Of a stretch of DNA of 64,000 nucleotides, positions 38,219-48,908 are shown piece after piece; position 1 is the stretch's first letter, and each line of letters opens with the position of its first letter. This DNA is from a candidate division WOR-3 bacterium (GTDB lineage Bacteria; Hydrothermota; 32-111), in NCBI GenBank assembly GCA_037481815.1, contig JBBFKX010000001.1, forward strand, positions 416,001 to 480,000, given 5' to 3'. The notes beneath the pieces were generated by a model, which searched no databases, had not been told where the DNA came from, and worked only from the letters and a program-made list of their open reading frames with translations. The position numbers were made by a program, and so were the translations under genes.

Positions 38219-39027
38219 AAAGAGAATACCTTAAAAAGATCTTCGACAGAATCACATACAATATCTATATCAAGATTTGAATTCTTATAATCTTCAAGTT
38301 TGGTTTCACCTGAAAGCACTAATACCGATATGACCCTTGCGTCAACAGCCATCCTCATATCTGTGTACAATCTGTCACCAACCATAACCGCATCATTGTT
38401 CTCGATTGAATAAAACTTTAAAATGTTTGAAAGCATTTCAACATTCGGTTTTCCGACGATCTCAGGTAACCTGTTGGTACATTTTTCAAACATACTGATA
38501 AAACAACCTATATCCGGAATAAATCCATCTTCTGTTGGACAGAGTATATCAGGATGTGTTGCTATGTACCTTTTTCCCTTTATCAAAAATTTGTAAGCTT
38601 TTTCAATCTTTTCATAAGTTAAAGTTTTATCAAAACCGAGTAAAACAACTTCAGGATCCTTATCCGTTATTATAAAACCATTCTCTATTAATTCCTCTTC
38701 AAACGAAGGCGTTCCAAGAGGAAAAATTTTTATAATATTCTCCCTTTTCATCTTCAAAATCGTTGCATTCAAAGATGTAAAAATTTCGTCGATCGAAACT
38801 TCAAAACCCATCCTTTTCAATTTCAAATAATAATCTTTTCTGTTCTTTGAAGAATTGTTTGATAAAAAAACTCTTTTTATCTCCATTTCCTTTAATCTGT
38901 TCAAAAACTGAACTGAACCATCGATAAGTTTATCTCCAAGATAGAGAGTACCATCCATATCAAAGAAAAATATTTTGGGAAAGTTATTCCCATTCGATAG
39001 TTGAAGGTGGTTTTGATGATATATCAT
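38215..39027 (-). CDS. HAD-IIA (NagD-like) phosphatase; start uncertain
   Basis: [29 protein letters not shown]. Confidence 0.9.
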   Translation of the reverse strand: MIYHQNHLQLSNGNNFPKIFFFDMDGTLYLGDKLIDGSVQFLNRLKEMEIKRVFLSNNSSKNRKDYYLKLKRMGFEVSIDEIFTSLNATILKMKRENIIKIFPLGTPSFEEELIENGFIITDKDPEVVLLGFDKTLTYEKIEKAYKFLIKGKRYIATHPDILCPTEDGFIPDIGCFISMFEKCTNRLPEIVGKPNVEMLSNILKFYSIENNDAVMVGDRLYTDMRMAVDARVISVLVLSGETKLEDYKNSNLDIDIVCDSVEDLFKVFSL

Positions 39028-40519
39028 ATACTACCCTATTCACTCCTTTCACTTCGTTTATTATTCTGTTAGAAATTTTTTGTACAATTTCCCTTTCAAA
39101 CCAATAAAAATCAGCAGTCATTCCATCGGTCGAAGTAACAGCCCTAAGTGCTATCACATTCTCATAAGTTCTTTCATCACCCATAACACCAACACTTTGA
39201 ACCGGTAAAAAAACAGCGAACGCCTGCCATATTTCATCATAAATTTTATTTTTTTTCAGCTCTTCTATGTATATAGCATCAACTTTTCTTAAAATCTCGA
39301 GTTTATCCTCGGTTACTTCTCCGATTATTCTTATCGCAAGACCTGGACCAGGGAAAGGATGTCTGTTTATAAAGTTTGATGGTATCCCAAGTTTTAAACC
39401 TATCATTCTGACTTCATCTTTGAAAAGATCTTTCAAAGGTTCTACCAGTTTAAAATTCATCCTTTCAGGCAAACCACCAACATTATGATGACTCTTTATA
39501 ACTGCTGAAGGCCCTTTTGTCGATTTTGATTCAATTCTATCGGGGTATATAGTCCCCTGTAATAAAAATTTTGCATTCTTAATTTTTTTTGCCTCATCCT
39601 CAAACGATTCTATAAAAAGTTTTCCTATTATTTTCCTTTTCTTTTCAGGATCGGTAATTCCCTTCAAATTATTCAAAAAAACTTTACTCTTATCTACATA
39701 TTTTACATCAAGTTTTAATTTCTTATTATAAAGTTCTATAACTTCCTTTCCTTCGTTCATCCTTAAAAGACCTGTATCTATCAGAAAACCTTTCAACCTG
39801 TTTCCAATTGCCTTTTTTACAAGCATTGCAGCAACAGTTGAGTCAACTCCACCGGATAACCCTCCAATAACATAACCATCACCAACTTCTTCTTGTATAT
39901 TCTCAACTATACTTGTTATAAGATGCTTGCTAGTCCAATTCTTTTTCGCATCACATACTTCAAAAACAAAATTTTTCAAAATTTCTTTTCCATAATCTGT
40001 ATGGTATACCTCAGGATGGAACTGCAAACCAAAAATTTTTCCATTTTTACTCTCCATCGAGCCATATTTACAGTTATGACTGTACCCTGTTCTATAAAAA
40101 TTTTCAGGTAATTTTACAACATTGTCCGAATGTGACATCCACACATTTATCTGTTTAGGAATATTTTTAAAAAGTTTTTCACCTTTTAATATGTTAAATT
40201 TTGCAAACCCAAACTCTCTTTTTTTTGATCTTTCAACTTTTCCATTATATTTTTTCGCTAAAAGTTGCATCCCATAACATATTCCTAAAACTGGAATATC
40301 AAGTTTTATAATATCAAGTTTTATATCGGGAGAATCCTTGTCGTATACGGAATTCGGTCCACCTGACAGAATCAGACCGTAATAGTTTTTCAATTCAACA
40401 TCTTTTATTCCATCAGGATGAACTATTTCTGAAAAAACCTCAAGTTCCCTGATCCTTCTTGCAATCAGTTGGGTATACTGTGAACCAAAGTCAACTATAA
40501 GAATTCCTTTCTTATCCAT
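38984..40519 (-). CDS. guaA: GMP synthase (glutamine-hydrolysing)
   Basis: [51 protein letters not shown]. Confidence 0.98.
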   Translation of the reverse strand: MDKKGILIVDFGSQYTQLIARRIRELEVFSEIVHPDGIKDVELKNYYGLILSGGPNSVYDKDSPDIKLDIIKLDIPVLGICYGMQLLAKKYNGKVERSKKREFGFAKFNILKGEKLFKNIPKQINVWMSHSDNVVKLPENFYRTGYSHNCKYGSMESKNGKIFGLQFHPEVYHTDYGKEILKNFVFEVCDAKKNWTSKHLITSIVENIQEEVGDGYVIGGLSGGVDSTVAAMLVKKAIGNRLKGFLIDTGLLRMNEGKEVIELYNKKLKLDVKYVDKSKVFLNNLKGITDPEKKRKIIGKLFIESFEDEAKKIKNAKFLLQGTIYPDRIESKSTKGPSAVIKSHHNVGGLPERMNFKLVEPLKDLFKDEVRMIGLKLGIPSNFINRHPFPGPGLAIRIIGEVTEDKLEILRKVDAIYIEELKKNKIYDEIWQAFAVFLPVQSVGVMGDERTYENVIALRAVTSTDGMTADFYWFEREIVQKISNRIINEVKGVNRVVYDISSKPPSTIEWE

Positions 40520-41159
40520 CTATAATCCTCTTTAAATTTTTTCTTATATCTCCATTAAAAAGATAGGAACCCGAAACGATCCAATCAGCACCTGCTTTTA
40601 TAGCATCTTTCGCAATTTTATCGTTTATCCCTCCATCGATTTCGATTCTATAATCTCTGTTTCCTCTTAAGATTTTCAATTCCCTGACTTTTTCTAAAGT
40701 GTATTTCAAAAACTTTTGACCCGCGAAACCCGGATGAACTGACATCACAAGCACATAATCAACATGATCAAGATATGGTGTTATCCTTTCAAGTTTTGTT
40801 TCAGGGTTTAAGACGATCCCTGCTTTTACTTTTCTTTTCTTTAATCTTTTGATAAGAAGAACAGGATTTTTTGTTGTTTCGATATGAAACGATATGTGAG
40901 TGGCACCGGAATCAACGAACCTATCATAATATTTATCAGGATTTTCTATCATAAGATGAATATCAAGATCCCTGTCGGTTAACTCTCTGACAACTTTTAC
41001 AAAATGTGGACCAAAAGTTATATTATCGACAAAATGCCCATCCATAACATCAAGATGTAAAATTTTTACAGAAGAAGGTATAGATGATATACTTTTTTTT
41101 AGATTCTTTATATCTATCGATAACAAAGATGGTATTACCTGAATATCTCTATCCATCAT
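40512..41159 (-). CDS. rpe: Ribulose-phosphate 3-epimerase
   Basis: [32 protein letters not shown]. Confidence 0.97.
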   Translation of the reverse strand: MMDRDIQVIPSLLSIDIKNLKKSISSIPSSVKILHLDVMDGHFVDNITFGPHFVKVVRELTDRDLDIHLMIENPDKYYDRFVDSGATHISFHIETTKNPVLLIKRLKKRKVKAGIVLNPETKLERITPYLDHVDYVLVMSVHPGFAGQKFLKYTLEKVRELKILRGNRDYRIEIDGGINDKIAKDAIKAGADWIVSGSYLFNGDIRKNLKRIIDG

Positions 41160-41944
41160 TTTCCTTTCAAAATCAACTTTAAAGTATCATCTTTTTTCAG
41201 ATACTGTCCGCTGTCAGGGATCTGTTTTATAACATAGAAATTTTCCTGCTTTCCTTTGATCGTGTCGATTTTCAGATTAATGTACCTTAAAAGTTTTGAG
41301 GAGATTATCAAAGCTGAATCTGAAGATAATCCAACAAAATTTGGAATCTGAACATAATTTTCTATCCTTCCCTTTGAAACATAAAGAGATATCGTTCCAC
41401 CTTTTGAAATCAAACTATTTTCAGCAGGTTCACTTCCTACCACTATATTCTCAGCATAGTTGTTATCAAAAACATAATTCGTGTCGTTTACAACTATACC
41501 ATTTTTTAAAAGTAAATCTGCTGCGTTCGAAATATGTAAACCTTTAACGAATGGGACCTTTATTTTTTCCGTTCCCTTTGAAACGATAACCTCAACTATT
41601 TTGTTGAACTTTATCGAACTGTTTGGTAAAGGATTTTGAGAAATTACTATACCACTTGGAACATTCTCTGAATACTCTTCCCCTGCAATCCTCATATCAA
41701 GACCGGCAAGTTCAAGGTTGGTTCTCGCCTGACTTATTGTTATACCTGTAACATCAGGAACTTTTATTTCCTTTGATGTTTTTAACAGAACAGGCATAAT
41801 TATTTGACCTAAAAATAATCCTACGAAAACAAAAAATATTGCAAAGAGTGTCAACAAACATCCCCACTTTTTACCTCTGTTATCAATATCAAGATTTTTC
41901 ACTTCGTTCTTTATTTCGTTGACTTTAAAAAAAGATAATCTCAT
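41156..41944 (-). CDS. Membrane-anchored PASTA-repeat protein (3 PASTA, no kinase)
   Basis: TM helix, then repeats starting VPDVTG, VPFVKG and IPNFVG. Start uncertain: 41944 by ATGA overlap, track gives 41965. Confidence 0.85.
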   Translation of the reverse strand: MRLSFFKVNEIKNEVKNLDIDNRGKKWGCLLTLFAIFFVFVGLFLGQIIMPVLLKTSKEIKVPDVTGITISQARTNLELAGLDMRIAGEEYSENVPSGIVISQNPLPNSSIKFNKIVEVIVSKGTEKIKVPFVKGLHISNAADLLLKNGIVVNDTNYVFDNNYAENIVVGSEPAENSLISKGGTISLYVSKGRIENYVQIPNFVGLSSDSALIISSKLLRYINLKIDTIKGKQENFYVIKQIPDSGQYLKKDDTLKLILKGK

Positions 41945-42729
41945 TCTCTTTCCTTGTTTATCCATATTTTTACACCTGTACCTTTTTTAACTTTTGTTCC
42001 AGGTGCTGGTTGTTGTTTTATCACTATATCAAAAGGATATTCAACATCGGTGACATATATAATCTCCTCAACAAAAAGTCCAGCATTTGTAATTTTTAGT
42101 TTTGCATCATCCTTTGTTAAAGAGTTAACATTTGGAACAACAACATTCACAACACCTTTTGAAACATTGAGATTCACAGCAGATCCAGCCGGTATCTTTA
42201 CCCCTCCAACTGGATCGGTTGAAACGACAACATCGGTTCGATATTTCTCATCATCAACATATTTTACATCTCCTATTTTCAGCCCAAGATTTATTATTTC
42301 CCTTTTAACCTCATCTATATTCAATCCAACAAAATAAGGAAGAGTTACAAGTTTTTGAGAATCAATTTTTGATTGTTCCACAATTTCCTTTCCAGAACTT
42401 ATCACCACATTGATCACACTATTTTTCATAACACTTGTTCCAGCAAAAGGTGATTGTGAAAGAATTGTTCCCTTTTCCTTATCACTCATTTTTTCCGATT
42501 CCACAAAAAGGTTCAAACTTTTGTTCAAAAGAATAATCTTTGCTTTTTCATAATCAAGACCTTCTACCAATGGCACCTCTACCATTTCAACTGAACTCTT
42601 TTCTGAATCTTTTTTAAAATCATGTAAAAGAGGCGTTATGAAAATTACAGCAACAGTTGATACGATAACAGAAACTATGATTGAAACTATGAGAGATATC
42701 GTGATGATCTTACCCGTATTATCGAACAT
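41941..42729 (-). CDS. Membrane-anchored PASTA-repeat protein (3 PASTA, no kinase)
   Basis: N-terminal TM; VPLVEG, LPYFVG and VPNVNS repeats with QxPxxG motifs. Confidence 0.85.
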   Translation of the reverse strand: MFDNTGKIITISLIVSIIVSVIVSTVAVIFITPLLHDFKKDSEKSSVEMVEVPLVEGLDYEKAKIILLNKSLNLFVESEKMSDKEKGTILSQSPFAGTSVMKNSVINVVISSGKEIVEQSKIDSQKLVTLPYFVGLNIDEVKREIINLGLKIGDVKYVDDEKYRTDVVVSTDPVGGVKIPAGSAVNLNVSKGVVNVVVPNVNSLTKDDAKLKITNAGLFVEEIIYVTDVEYPFDIVIKQQPAPGTKVKKGTGVKIWINKERE

Positions 42730-42730
42730 T

Positions 42731-43903
42731 TCATCCTCCTGTTTTTCTTAGAAGTGCTCCATAACCACCGTTGAACGGATCTCCAAATGTAAAAAACTGA
42801 CTTATAAGTTTATAATCTTTATTTTTTTTCAAAAAATTTTGAATCACTTCATGGTTTTCTTCTTTAAATATCGAACATGTGATGTATAAAAGCAAGCCAT
42901 CCTCTTTAACGAATTCTTCAGCTTTTTCAACCATTCTGTTCTGTATTTCAACAAGTTCATCTATTTTCTTTTTATAGTTGTATTTAACATCAGGGTTTTT
43001 CCTTATGGTACCCGTGGAAGTGCATGGAACATCAAGTATCACAAGATCGAAAAGTTTATCAAGATTCAATTTGAAAAGATCTGTAGCAAAAGTTGTAATG
43101 TTCCTTAATTTTAACCTTTTAATGTTTCTGTTCATCATTTCTATCCTTTCTGGATCTTTATCTATCGCTACGATTTTTGATTTTGGTAGAAAAGATTTCA
43201 CAAGAAAACTTTTTCCACCAGGTGCAGCACATAGATCCAAAACTTCATCTATTGTTTCTTCGAGTTGTAATGATCTAAAAATGTTAAGATAAACAGGATC
43301 AAGGATATACTCTTTTTTTGTCAACCTTTCATTATCCTTAAACTCCCTGTATTCAAGTTCATCTATTCTGAAAGCGTATGTGGAAGGTTTTGAGTTATAA
43401 AATTCAAGGAGTTGTTTTGTTCTTTCAAGCCCAACCTCCTGCATCAGATATTCTATGAAATGTTCTGGAAAAGAATACTTTATAGATAAACTCGATAAAG
43501 AATCATCATCAGGTATCGATATTTTATCTCTGTTTCTCAAAAATTCCCTTAAAACCCAGTTAACAAATTTTTCATTATTTTTTGCCTGTGACTTTGCGAT
43601 CTCAACTATTGTTGAAAGAACCGCATAATCTTTATGGTTCATGTACAAAATTTCATATATAGCCATTCTGATAAGGTTCTGCGTTTTTTTTGAAAGATCA
43701 TGTACATTTTTACCTGTTGTCTGTTGAATTATATGATCGAGTAAATATTTGTTTCTTACAACACCATACACAAGTTCTTTAATATAAGAAGCAGTTTTCT
43801 TATCTTTTCCCAACACCCTTGTCTCATAAGATTTTTTAAGAGGAATGTTTTTCGTAAAAACATCCTCTAAAATATTGTAAGAGATCAATCTTCTATCTTC
43901 CAT
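42731..43903 (-). CDS. rsmB: 16S rRNA m5C methyltransferase RsmB/Sun (NusB-like N-domain), compact
   Basis: ELVYGVVR, DLCAAPGGKS, DVPCTSTG, YITCS. Confidence 0.88.
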   Translation of the reverse strand: MEDRRLISYNILEDVFTKNIPLKKSYETRVLGKDKKTASYIKELVYGVVRNKYLLDHIIQQTTGKNVHDLSKKTQNLIRMAIYEILYMNHKDYAVLSTIVEIAKSQAKNNEKFVNWVLREFLRNRDKISIPDDDSLSSLSIKYSFPEHFIEYLMQEVGLERTKQLLEFYNSKPSTYAFRIDELEYREFKDNERLTKKEYILDPVYLNIFRSLQLEETIDEVLDLCAAPGGKSFLVKSFLPKSKIVAIDKDPERIEMMNRNIKRLKLRNITTFATDLFKLNLDKLFDLVILDVPCTSTGTIRKNPDVKYNYKKKIDELVEIQNRMVEKAEEFVKEDGLLLYITCSIFKEENHEVIQNFLKKNKDYKLISQFFTFGDPFNGGYGALLRKTGG

Positions 43904-45231
43904 GTTACCCCATCTTTTAAATCGTTTACGACTATCTTTCTTTTTTTGAGTTCTTCCCTTATGAAATCCGATATTTCATAATTTTTGTTCTTTTTCATCA
44001 TCTCCCTCACCTTTAAAAGAATATCGATCAATTGTTCGACAAGATCGTTTTTATCCTTCTTTTCAAAAGTAAAACCAAGTTCTCTATACATTTTTGATAT
44101 TGTATTTTTTAAAATTGTTTCATCCTTTTCCTTTCTATTAATCATGTTGACTGATTCAAAAAGTATTCCAACAGCTTCCGGTGTGTTCAAATCATCAAAC
44201 AGAGATTCCTTAAATTTTTTGTAAACATCTTCATCTATTAGATTTTCATCAGAATCATCTCTTAGGTATGGGGTTAACCTTTTAAAAGCTGATTTTGCTT
44301 CTTCCAACCTTTCAGATGAAAATTCGATATCCTTTCGATAATGTGTTTTCAAAAGAAACAATCTTATAACATTCGGTCCATAATTTTCCAGCAACTCTTT
44401 TGCTTTAAAAACATTGCCTAATGATTTTGACATCTTTTCACCTTTTAGATTTACCATACCATTGTGTATCCAGTATTTTGCAAATTTTTTTTCTGTTGCA
44501 CACTCAGATTGTGCGATCTCATTTTCATGATGTGGAAAAATCAGATCCTGTCCTCCAGCATGGATATCAAAAGATTCCCCCAAATATTTCATACTCATAG
44601 CAGAACATTCTATATGCCATCCGGGTCTACCTTTTCCAAAAGGCGAATACCAATAGGGTTCACCTTCTTTTACTCCCTTCCATAAAACAAAATCGAGAGG
44701 GTTTTCTTTATTCTCATTTATTTCAACCCTTTTCCCCTCTATAAGATCATCCAACCTTTTCCCTGAAAGTTTGCCGTAATCCTTGAATTTTGATACACGA
44801 AAATAAATATCGTCTCCTGATTTGTAAGCATAACCTTTTTCGATCAACTTTGAAATCAAATCTATTATCTCTTCTATATGCCCTGTCGCACGGGGATAAA
44901 CATCAAACTCAAGTACATTCAAACTTCTAAACACTTCAAAAAACTCATCAATATTTTTCTGTGATATGACCCTATAATCAATTCCAGTTTCACTCATCTT
45001 TTTTATAAGTTTGTCATCAATATCTGTAAAATTGTAAACTGAAAAAACCTGATATCCATCAAGTTTTAGAACTCTTCTTAAAATATCAACTGTGATCAAT
45101 GCTCGTATATGTCCTATATGAGGAGTATCCTGAACAGTCATTCCACAGGAGTAGATTCTAACGATTCCATCCTGTGATAGGGGTTGAAAATCTTCAACAT
45201 TTTTTGAAAAAGTATTGTAGAGTTTTAACAT
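43885..45231 (-). CDS. cysS: Cysteine-tRNA ligase
   Basis: HIGH, NFTDIDDK, GRPGWHIECSAM, HHENEIAQ, KMSKS. Confidence 0.98.
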   Translation of the reverse strand: MLKLYNTFSKNVEDFQPLSQDGIVRIYSCGMTVQDTPHIGHIRALITVDILRRVLKLDGYQVFSVYNFTDIDDKLIKKMSETGIDYRVISQKNIDEFFEVFRSLNVLEFDVYPRATGHIEEIIDLISKLIEKGYAYKSGDDIYFRVSKFKDYGKLSGKRLDDLIEGKRVEINENKENPLDFVLWKGVKEGEPYWYSPFGKGRPGWHIECSAMSMKYLGESFDIHAGGQDLIFPHHENEIAQSECATEKKFAKYWIHNGMVNLKGEKMSKSLGNVFKAKELLENYGPNVIRLFLLKTHYRKDIEFSSERLEEAKSAFKRLTPYLRDDSDENLIDEDVYKKFKESLFDDLNTPEAVGILFESVNMINRKEKDETILKNTISKMYRELGFTFEKKDKNDLVEQLIDILLKVREMMKKNKNYEISDFIREELKKRKIVVNDLKDGVTWKIED

Positions 45232-45234
45232 CTA

Positions 45235-45687
45235 TCATTTCTCCTTGTCAACTATCGCTGCTGTTAATTCACCTTCACAGACAACTTTCTCCTCAACATA
45301 AGATTTACATTCAAGAACGAAGAAGTTCCCTTTGTGCTCTTTTAAAACACATTCGTTTTTCAATACATCTCCAGGAAGTACCGGCTTTCTGAACTTTACT
45401 CTATCGATTTTCACAAAATATGGGACCTTTTCATCAATGTTTTCTATATAGTATGAGATTAACATTGCCCCTGTTTGCGCCAATGATTCGATTATTAAAA
45501 CTCCGGGCATAACAGGATGTTCAGGGTAGTGTCCCTGAAAAAAATGTTCATCCATTGAAACACATTTTTTGCCAACAACCCTTTTCTCATCGATTTCGAT
45601 GATTCTGTCAACAAGAAGCATCGGATATCTGTGTGGGATCACTTTCATTATTTTTATGATATCCATTTCTTTATTTTTTTCTTCCAT
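45235..45687 (-). CDS. fabZ: 3-hydroxyacyl-ACP dehydratase
   Basis: PHRYPMLLVDR, FFQGHYP, PVMPGVLIIESLAQ, FRKPVLPGD. Confidence 0.97.
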   Translation of the reverse strand: MEEKNKEMDIIKIMKVIPHRYPMLLVDRIIEIDEKRVVGKKCVSMDEHFFQGHYPEHPVMPGVLIIESLAQTGAMLISYYIENIDEKVPYFVKIDRVKFRKPVLPGDVLKNECVLKEHKGNFFVLECKSYVEEKVVCEGELTAAIVDKEK

Positions 45688-45693
45688 AACACC

Positions 45694-46629
45694 TCACTTT
45701 TTAAGTATCAATTTTATTTCGGAGATAATTTCTGATATCTTATTGTTAAATTCAATATCGTTTTCTGCTTCCTTATTGATAGTTTGAACAATCCTTCTAT
45801 TTTTTACATCATAAACTGAGACCTCAGCGATGATTTTCCCTGAAACCATTTTTACTTTTCCTGTGAAACAATAATCAGCATTCAAAGTGAAAGCATAACT
45901 TATAGCATCAACAGGTTTTAAATTTTCAATATTTGTTACTCCCATCTTCTGTAGATAAGAATTAACCTCATTGATACTTATCGGCTCAAACTTGTTTTCA
46001 ATCTTCAAAGATTGATACAGAGCTTTTGCCAGTTTTATATGATACTGTTCATTTCTTGTTTCCTTATCCTCAGCAACAAAATCGTAAACTATGTACCTTT
46101 GTAAAACTGATACAGGAACAAAAAAGTCCTTGTTGAGTTCCTCAATCACTCTATCAGTTAAATCTATCTCTTTTTTTGCATAGAGTATATTACCATCTGC
46201 AAAATCAAGTATTATCGTAAAACCTTCCTCATCACCGATCCTTTTTATAATCGAATTGATCTTATCAACAACAGGTTTAAACATCTGCTGGTTTATCGTT
46301 GACGATTTACCACCTTCTCCATATATTTCTTTAATGAATTTATTAAGGGAGTCCTTCTTATCGTTAATCTCTTTCTGTTTTCTTGAACTCAACTCTTCTG
46401 AAAGCATTTCCTTTTGCTCATTGTAAACCCTTTCAAGTGAATCTATCTCCTGTTGAAGAATATTTATTTTTCTTTTCCATTCTGACAACTCTTTTTCGAC
46501 TTCTTTGTTGATATCGTTTAATCCTTTATATTCCTGAAAAATCCTTTTTGAATCTATATACCCTATCTTTTCAGCGTAGAATTTTATTGAGAAAACTAAA
46601 ATTATGATAAAAACAAAAAACCTTTTCAT
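45694..46629 (-). CDS. skp: Skp/OmpH chaperone fused to an extra C-terminal alpha/beta domain
   Basis: Signal peptide, KIGYID, coiled coil, DLTDRVIEELN, then about 140 extra residues. The ATG at 46629 has an AGGAGG RBS (track gives 46674). Confidence 0.82.
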   Translation of the reverse strand: MKRFFVFIIILVFSIKFYAEKIGYIDSKRIFQEYKGLNDINKEVEKELSEWKRKINILQQEIDSLERVYNEQKEMLSEELSSRKQKEINDKKDSLNKFIKEIYGEGGKSSTINQQMFKPVVDKINSIIKRIGDEEGFTIILDFADGNILYAKKEIDLTDRVIEELNKDFFVPVSVLQRYIVYDFVAEDKETRNEQYHIKLAKALYQSLKIENKFEPISINEVNSYLQKMGVTNIENLKPVDAISYAFTLNADYCFTGKVKMVSGKIIAEVSVYDVKNRRIVQTINKEAENDIEFNNKISEIISEIKLILKK

Positions 46630-46637
46630 CAAACCTC

Positions 46638-48908
46638 CTAAAAAGAAGTCCCGATTTGAAAATGTGGTTCCCATCTCTGACCATATCCATTCTCCGTCTT
46701 CGAGAATCCATAACCCAGGTCAATCCCCATAATTCCAACCATCGGTATCTGCAACCTCACTCCAAGACCCATGCCCGAATAGAGCGGAAGAAACCTATTC
46801 TTGAAACCTTCTGAAATACTGGTATAACTGTTTCCAATATCATAGAAAAGAATAAGGTATGCCATCTCGTTCAACTGGAATCTCAACTCAGAATTTAAAA
46901 GCATCGCTCCCCTTCCACCAACAACATATCCATCGAGTGTATAACCGATACTTCGATCTGGATAACCTCTGAGTCCCCAATTTCCAACACCTCCAAGAAC
47001 AAACCTCTCAGATAAAGGAATGTTTTCAATATCTTTGTAAGAATCTATGAATCCATAAGCAAACCTTTCCATTATTACAAACTTCCAGAAAAGTTTTCTA
47101 TAGATCCTAAAATCAAGATTCATTTTATAATAATCTATCTGTCCACCTAAATACCCACCAGCAAAACCTGTGTAAACACCCAGAAGTTCACCGTTGTCAG
47201 GGAAAAAATCACTATTTCGAGAATCTCTAACTATTGACGGAGATATTTCTGAAAGTATCCTTTTATCACCTAAAAATTGTTTTATCCATGGGTCGAGAAC
47301 TGAAAGATATGAAGAGTCAGCATAAGTATATACCTGTTCAAGTTTGTATGTTGTATAAAACCTTGTCATCAACCTTTCAGACAAAAAGAATCCTGTTGTT
47401 AAACTACCACCTATCCTTTGATCGTAATAGTATGTTCTATCCTTTGTTGTATAATAAACTCTTGTTCCAACAACAACAGGATAACCCAAAAGATATGGTT
47501 CTGTGAAACTGAATGAGAAATTTGATATCGAGGCACCTTTTTCAAGTAAAAACTCTGTGGATAATCCTTTTCCAAGAATATTTTTTATCTTTATGGTAAC
47601 ATTTCCTGTAAGTCCATCGACCTGATTGTATGAACCACCTATGTTAAACTCTCCAGTTTGCTTCTCTTTAACCAAAAACTCGATGTTCACCTTTTCTTCA
47701 GATTCTGTCTGTTTTGGATTTATCTGAACATTTTCAAAATATCCTGTTCTTGAAAGGTTAGAAAAACTCAAAACAAGATCTTTTCTTTTAAATATATCTC
47801 CTGGTCTTGAAAGGATCTCTCTTCTGATAACGAAATCTTCTGTCTTTTCATTACCCGATATTATTATCTCATTGATGTAAGCGAGTTTATTTTCAACAAT
47901 TTTAAAATCTATATCCAGAATCCCATCTTTTCTTAAATACTCCTCTCTCACATTAACATTTATGTAACCTTTATCCATATACATTTCATAAATTGCTGAC
48001 AGAGTTGAAGTGACCTTACTATAAGAATATGGTTCCCCTTCTTTGAATTTTATCTGCTTTTCTATTTCATTAGATTTTATGTTTTCATTTCCTGAAAAAG
48101 AAATCTTTCCAAACTTATAAAAATCGTTCAAAGTCACATATATTTTTAAAAATAAAAATCTGTTGTCATAAGAGAATTCTTTAACAACCGAATCGAGTGT
48201 TGCATCGATAAATCCCTTATCCTTCAAAATATTCACTATCAGAATTTTATCCTCTTCAAAATCCTCTTCTTTGAAGAGACCATCCTGTAAAAAACCTTTT
48301 TCTTTGGTTTTCATCTTTGATTTTATCTCTTTATCGGTAACCTTATAGTTCCCTATAATTTCAATCTTTTTTATCCTGACCGACTCATTCTCTCTGATAA
48401 AAATGAAAAGGTTCACCTGTCCATTTTCAGCATCTCCAAGAGAATCATTTATTTCGACATTCAAAAAACCTTTTTTAAAATAGATATTTTTAAGTTCTCT
48501 TTTTATTTTAAAAATCGCATAGTCATTTAAAAAATCATTCTCTTTTACCGTTAGAGAATCCAAGAGTTCCTTTTCTTTGACCTTTTTGTTACCTTTTAAA
48601 ATTATTTTTTTCAACCTTAAATTCTCAACAACAAGAATCTTTACAATATCTTTAAAATCTTTTTTCTCATGTGTAATTTCAACCTGTTGAAAAAAACCTG
48701 TTGAAAAAAGATTTTTGATTCCATTTTCGATATCTTTATAGGTAAGGGGCGAACCAATGTAGATACCAGATCTATTGATTATAAATTCTTTTGAAGTAAA
48801 ATTGTTACCTTCAACCTCAATATCATAAATCCTTTCAGATATAATTTCCTGTGAAAACAGAATCGTTGAAATAAAAATAAATAGAAGAACCAGATAAAAT
48901 TTCTTCAA
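46638..48908 (-). CDS. bamA: Outer membrane protein assembly factor BamA
   Basis: POTRA repeats (IxGN), LRGY loop-6 motif, C-terminal Phe (HFQIGTSF). Confidence 0.95.
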   Translation of the reverse strand: MKKFYLVLLFIFISTILFSQEIISERIYDIEVEGNNFTSKEFIINRSGIYIGSPLTYKDIENGIKNLFSTGFFQQVEITHEKKDFKDIVKILVVENLRLKKIILKGNKKVKEKELLDSLTVKENDFLNDYAIFKIKRELKNIYFKKGFLNVEINDSLGDAENGQVNLFIFIRENESVRIKKIEIIGNYKVTDKEIKSKMKTKEKGFLQDGLFKEEDFEEDKILIVNILKDKGFIDATLDSVVKEFSYDNRFLFLKIYVTLNDFYKFGKISFSGNENIKSNEIEKQIKFKEGEPYSYSKVTSTLSAIYEMYMDKGYINVNVREEYLRKDGILDIDFKIVENKLAYINEIIISGNEKTEDFVIRREILSRPGDIFKRKDLVLSFSNLSRTGYFENVQINPKQTESEEKVNIEFLVKEKQTGEFNIGGSYNQVDGLTGNVTIKIKNILGKGLSTEFLLEKGASISNFSFSFTEPYLLGYPVVVGTRVYYTTKDRTYYYDQRIGGSLTTGFFLSERLMTRFYTTYKLEQVYTYADSSYLSVLDPWIKQFLGDKRILSEISPSIVRDSRNSDFFPDNGELLGVYTGFAGGYLGGQIDYYKMNLDFRIYRKLFWKFVIMERFAYGFIDSYKDIENIPLSERFVLGGVGNWGLRGYPDRSIGYTLDGYVVGGRGAMLLNSELRFQLNEMAYLILFYDIGNSYTSISEGFKNRFLPLYSGMGLGVRLQIPMVGIMGIDLGYGFSKTENGYGQRWEPHFQIGTSF

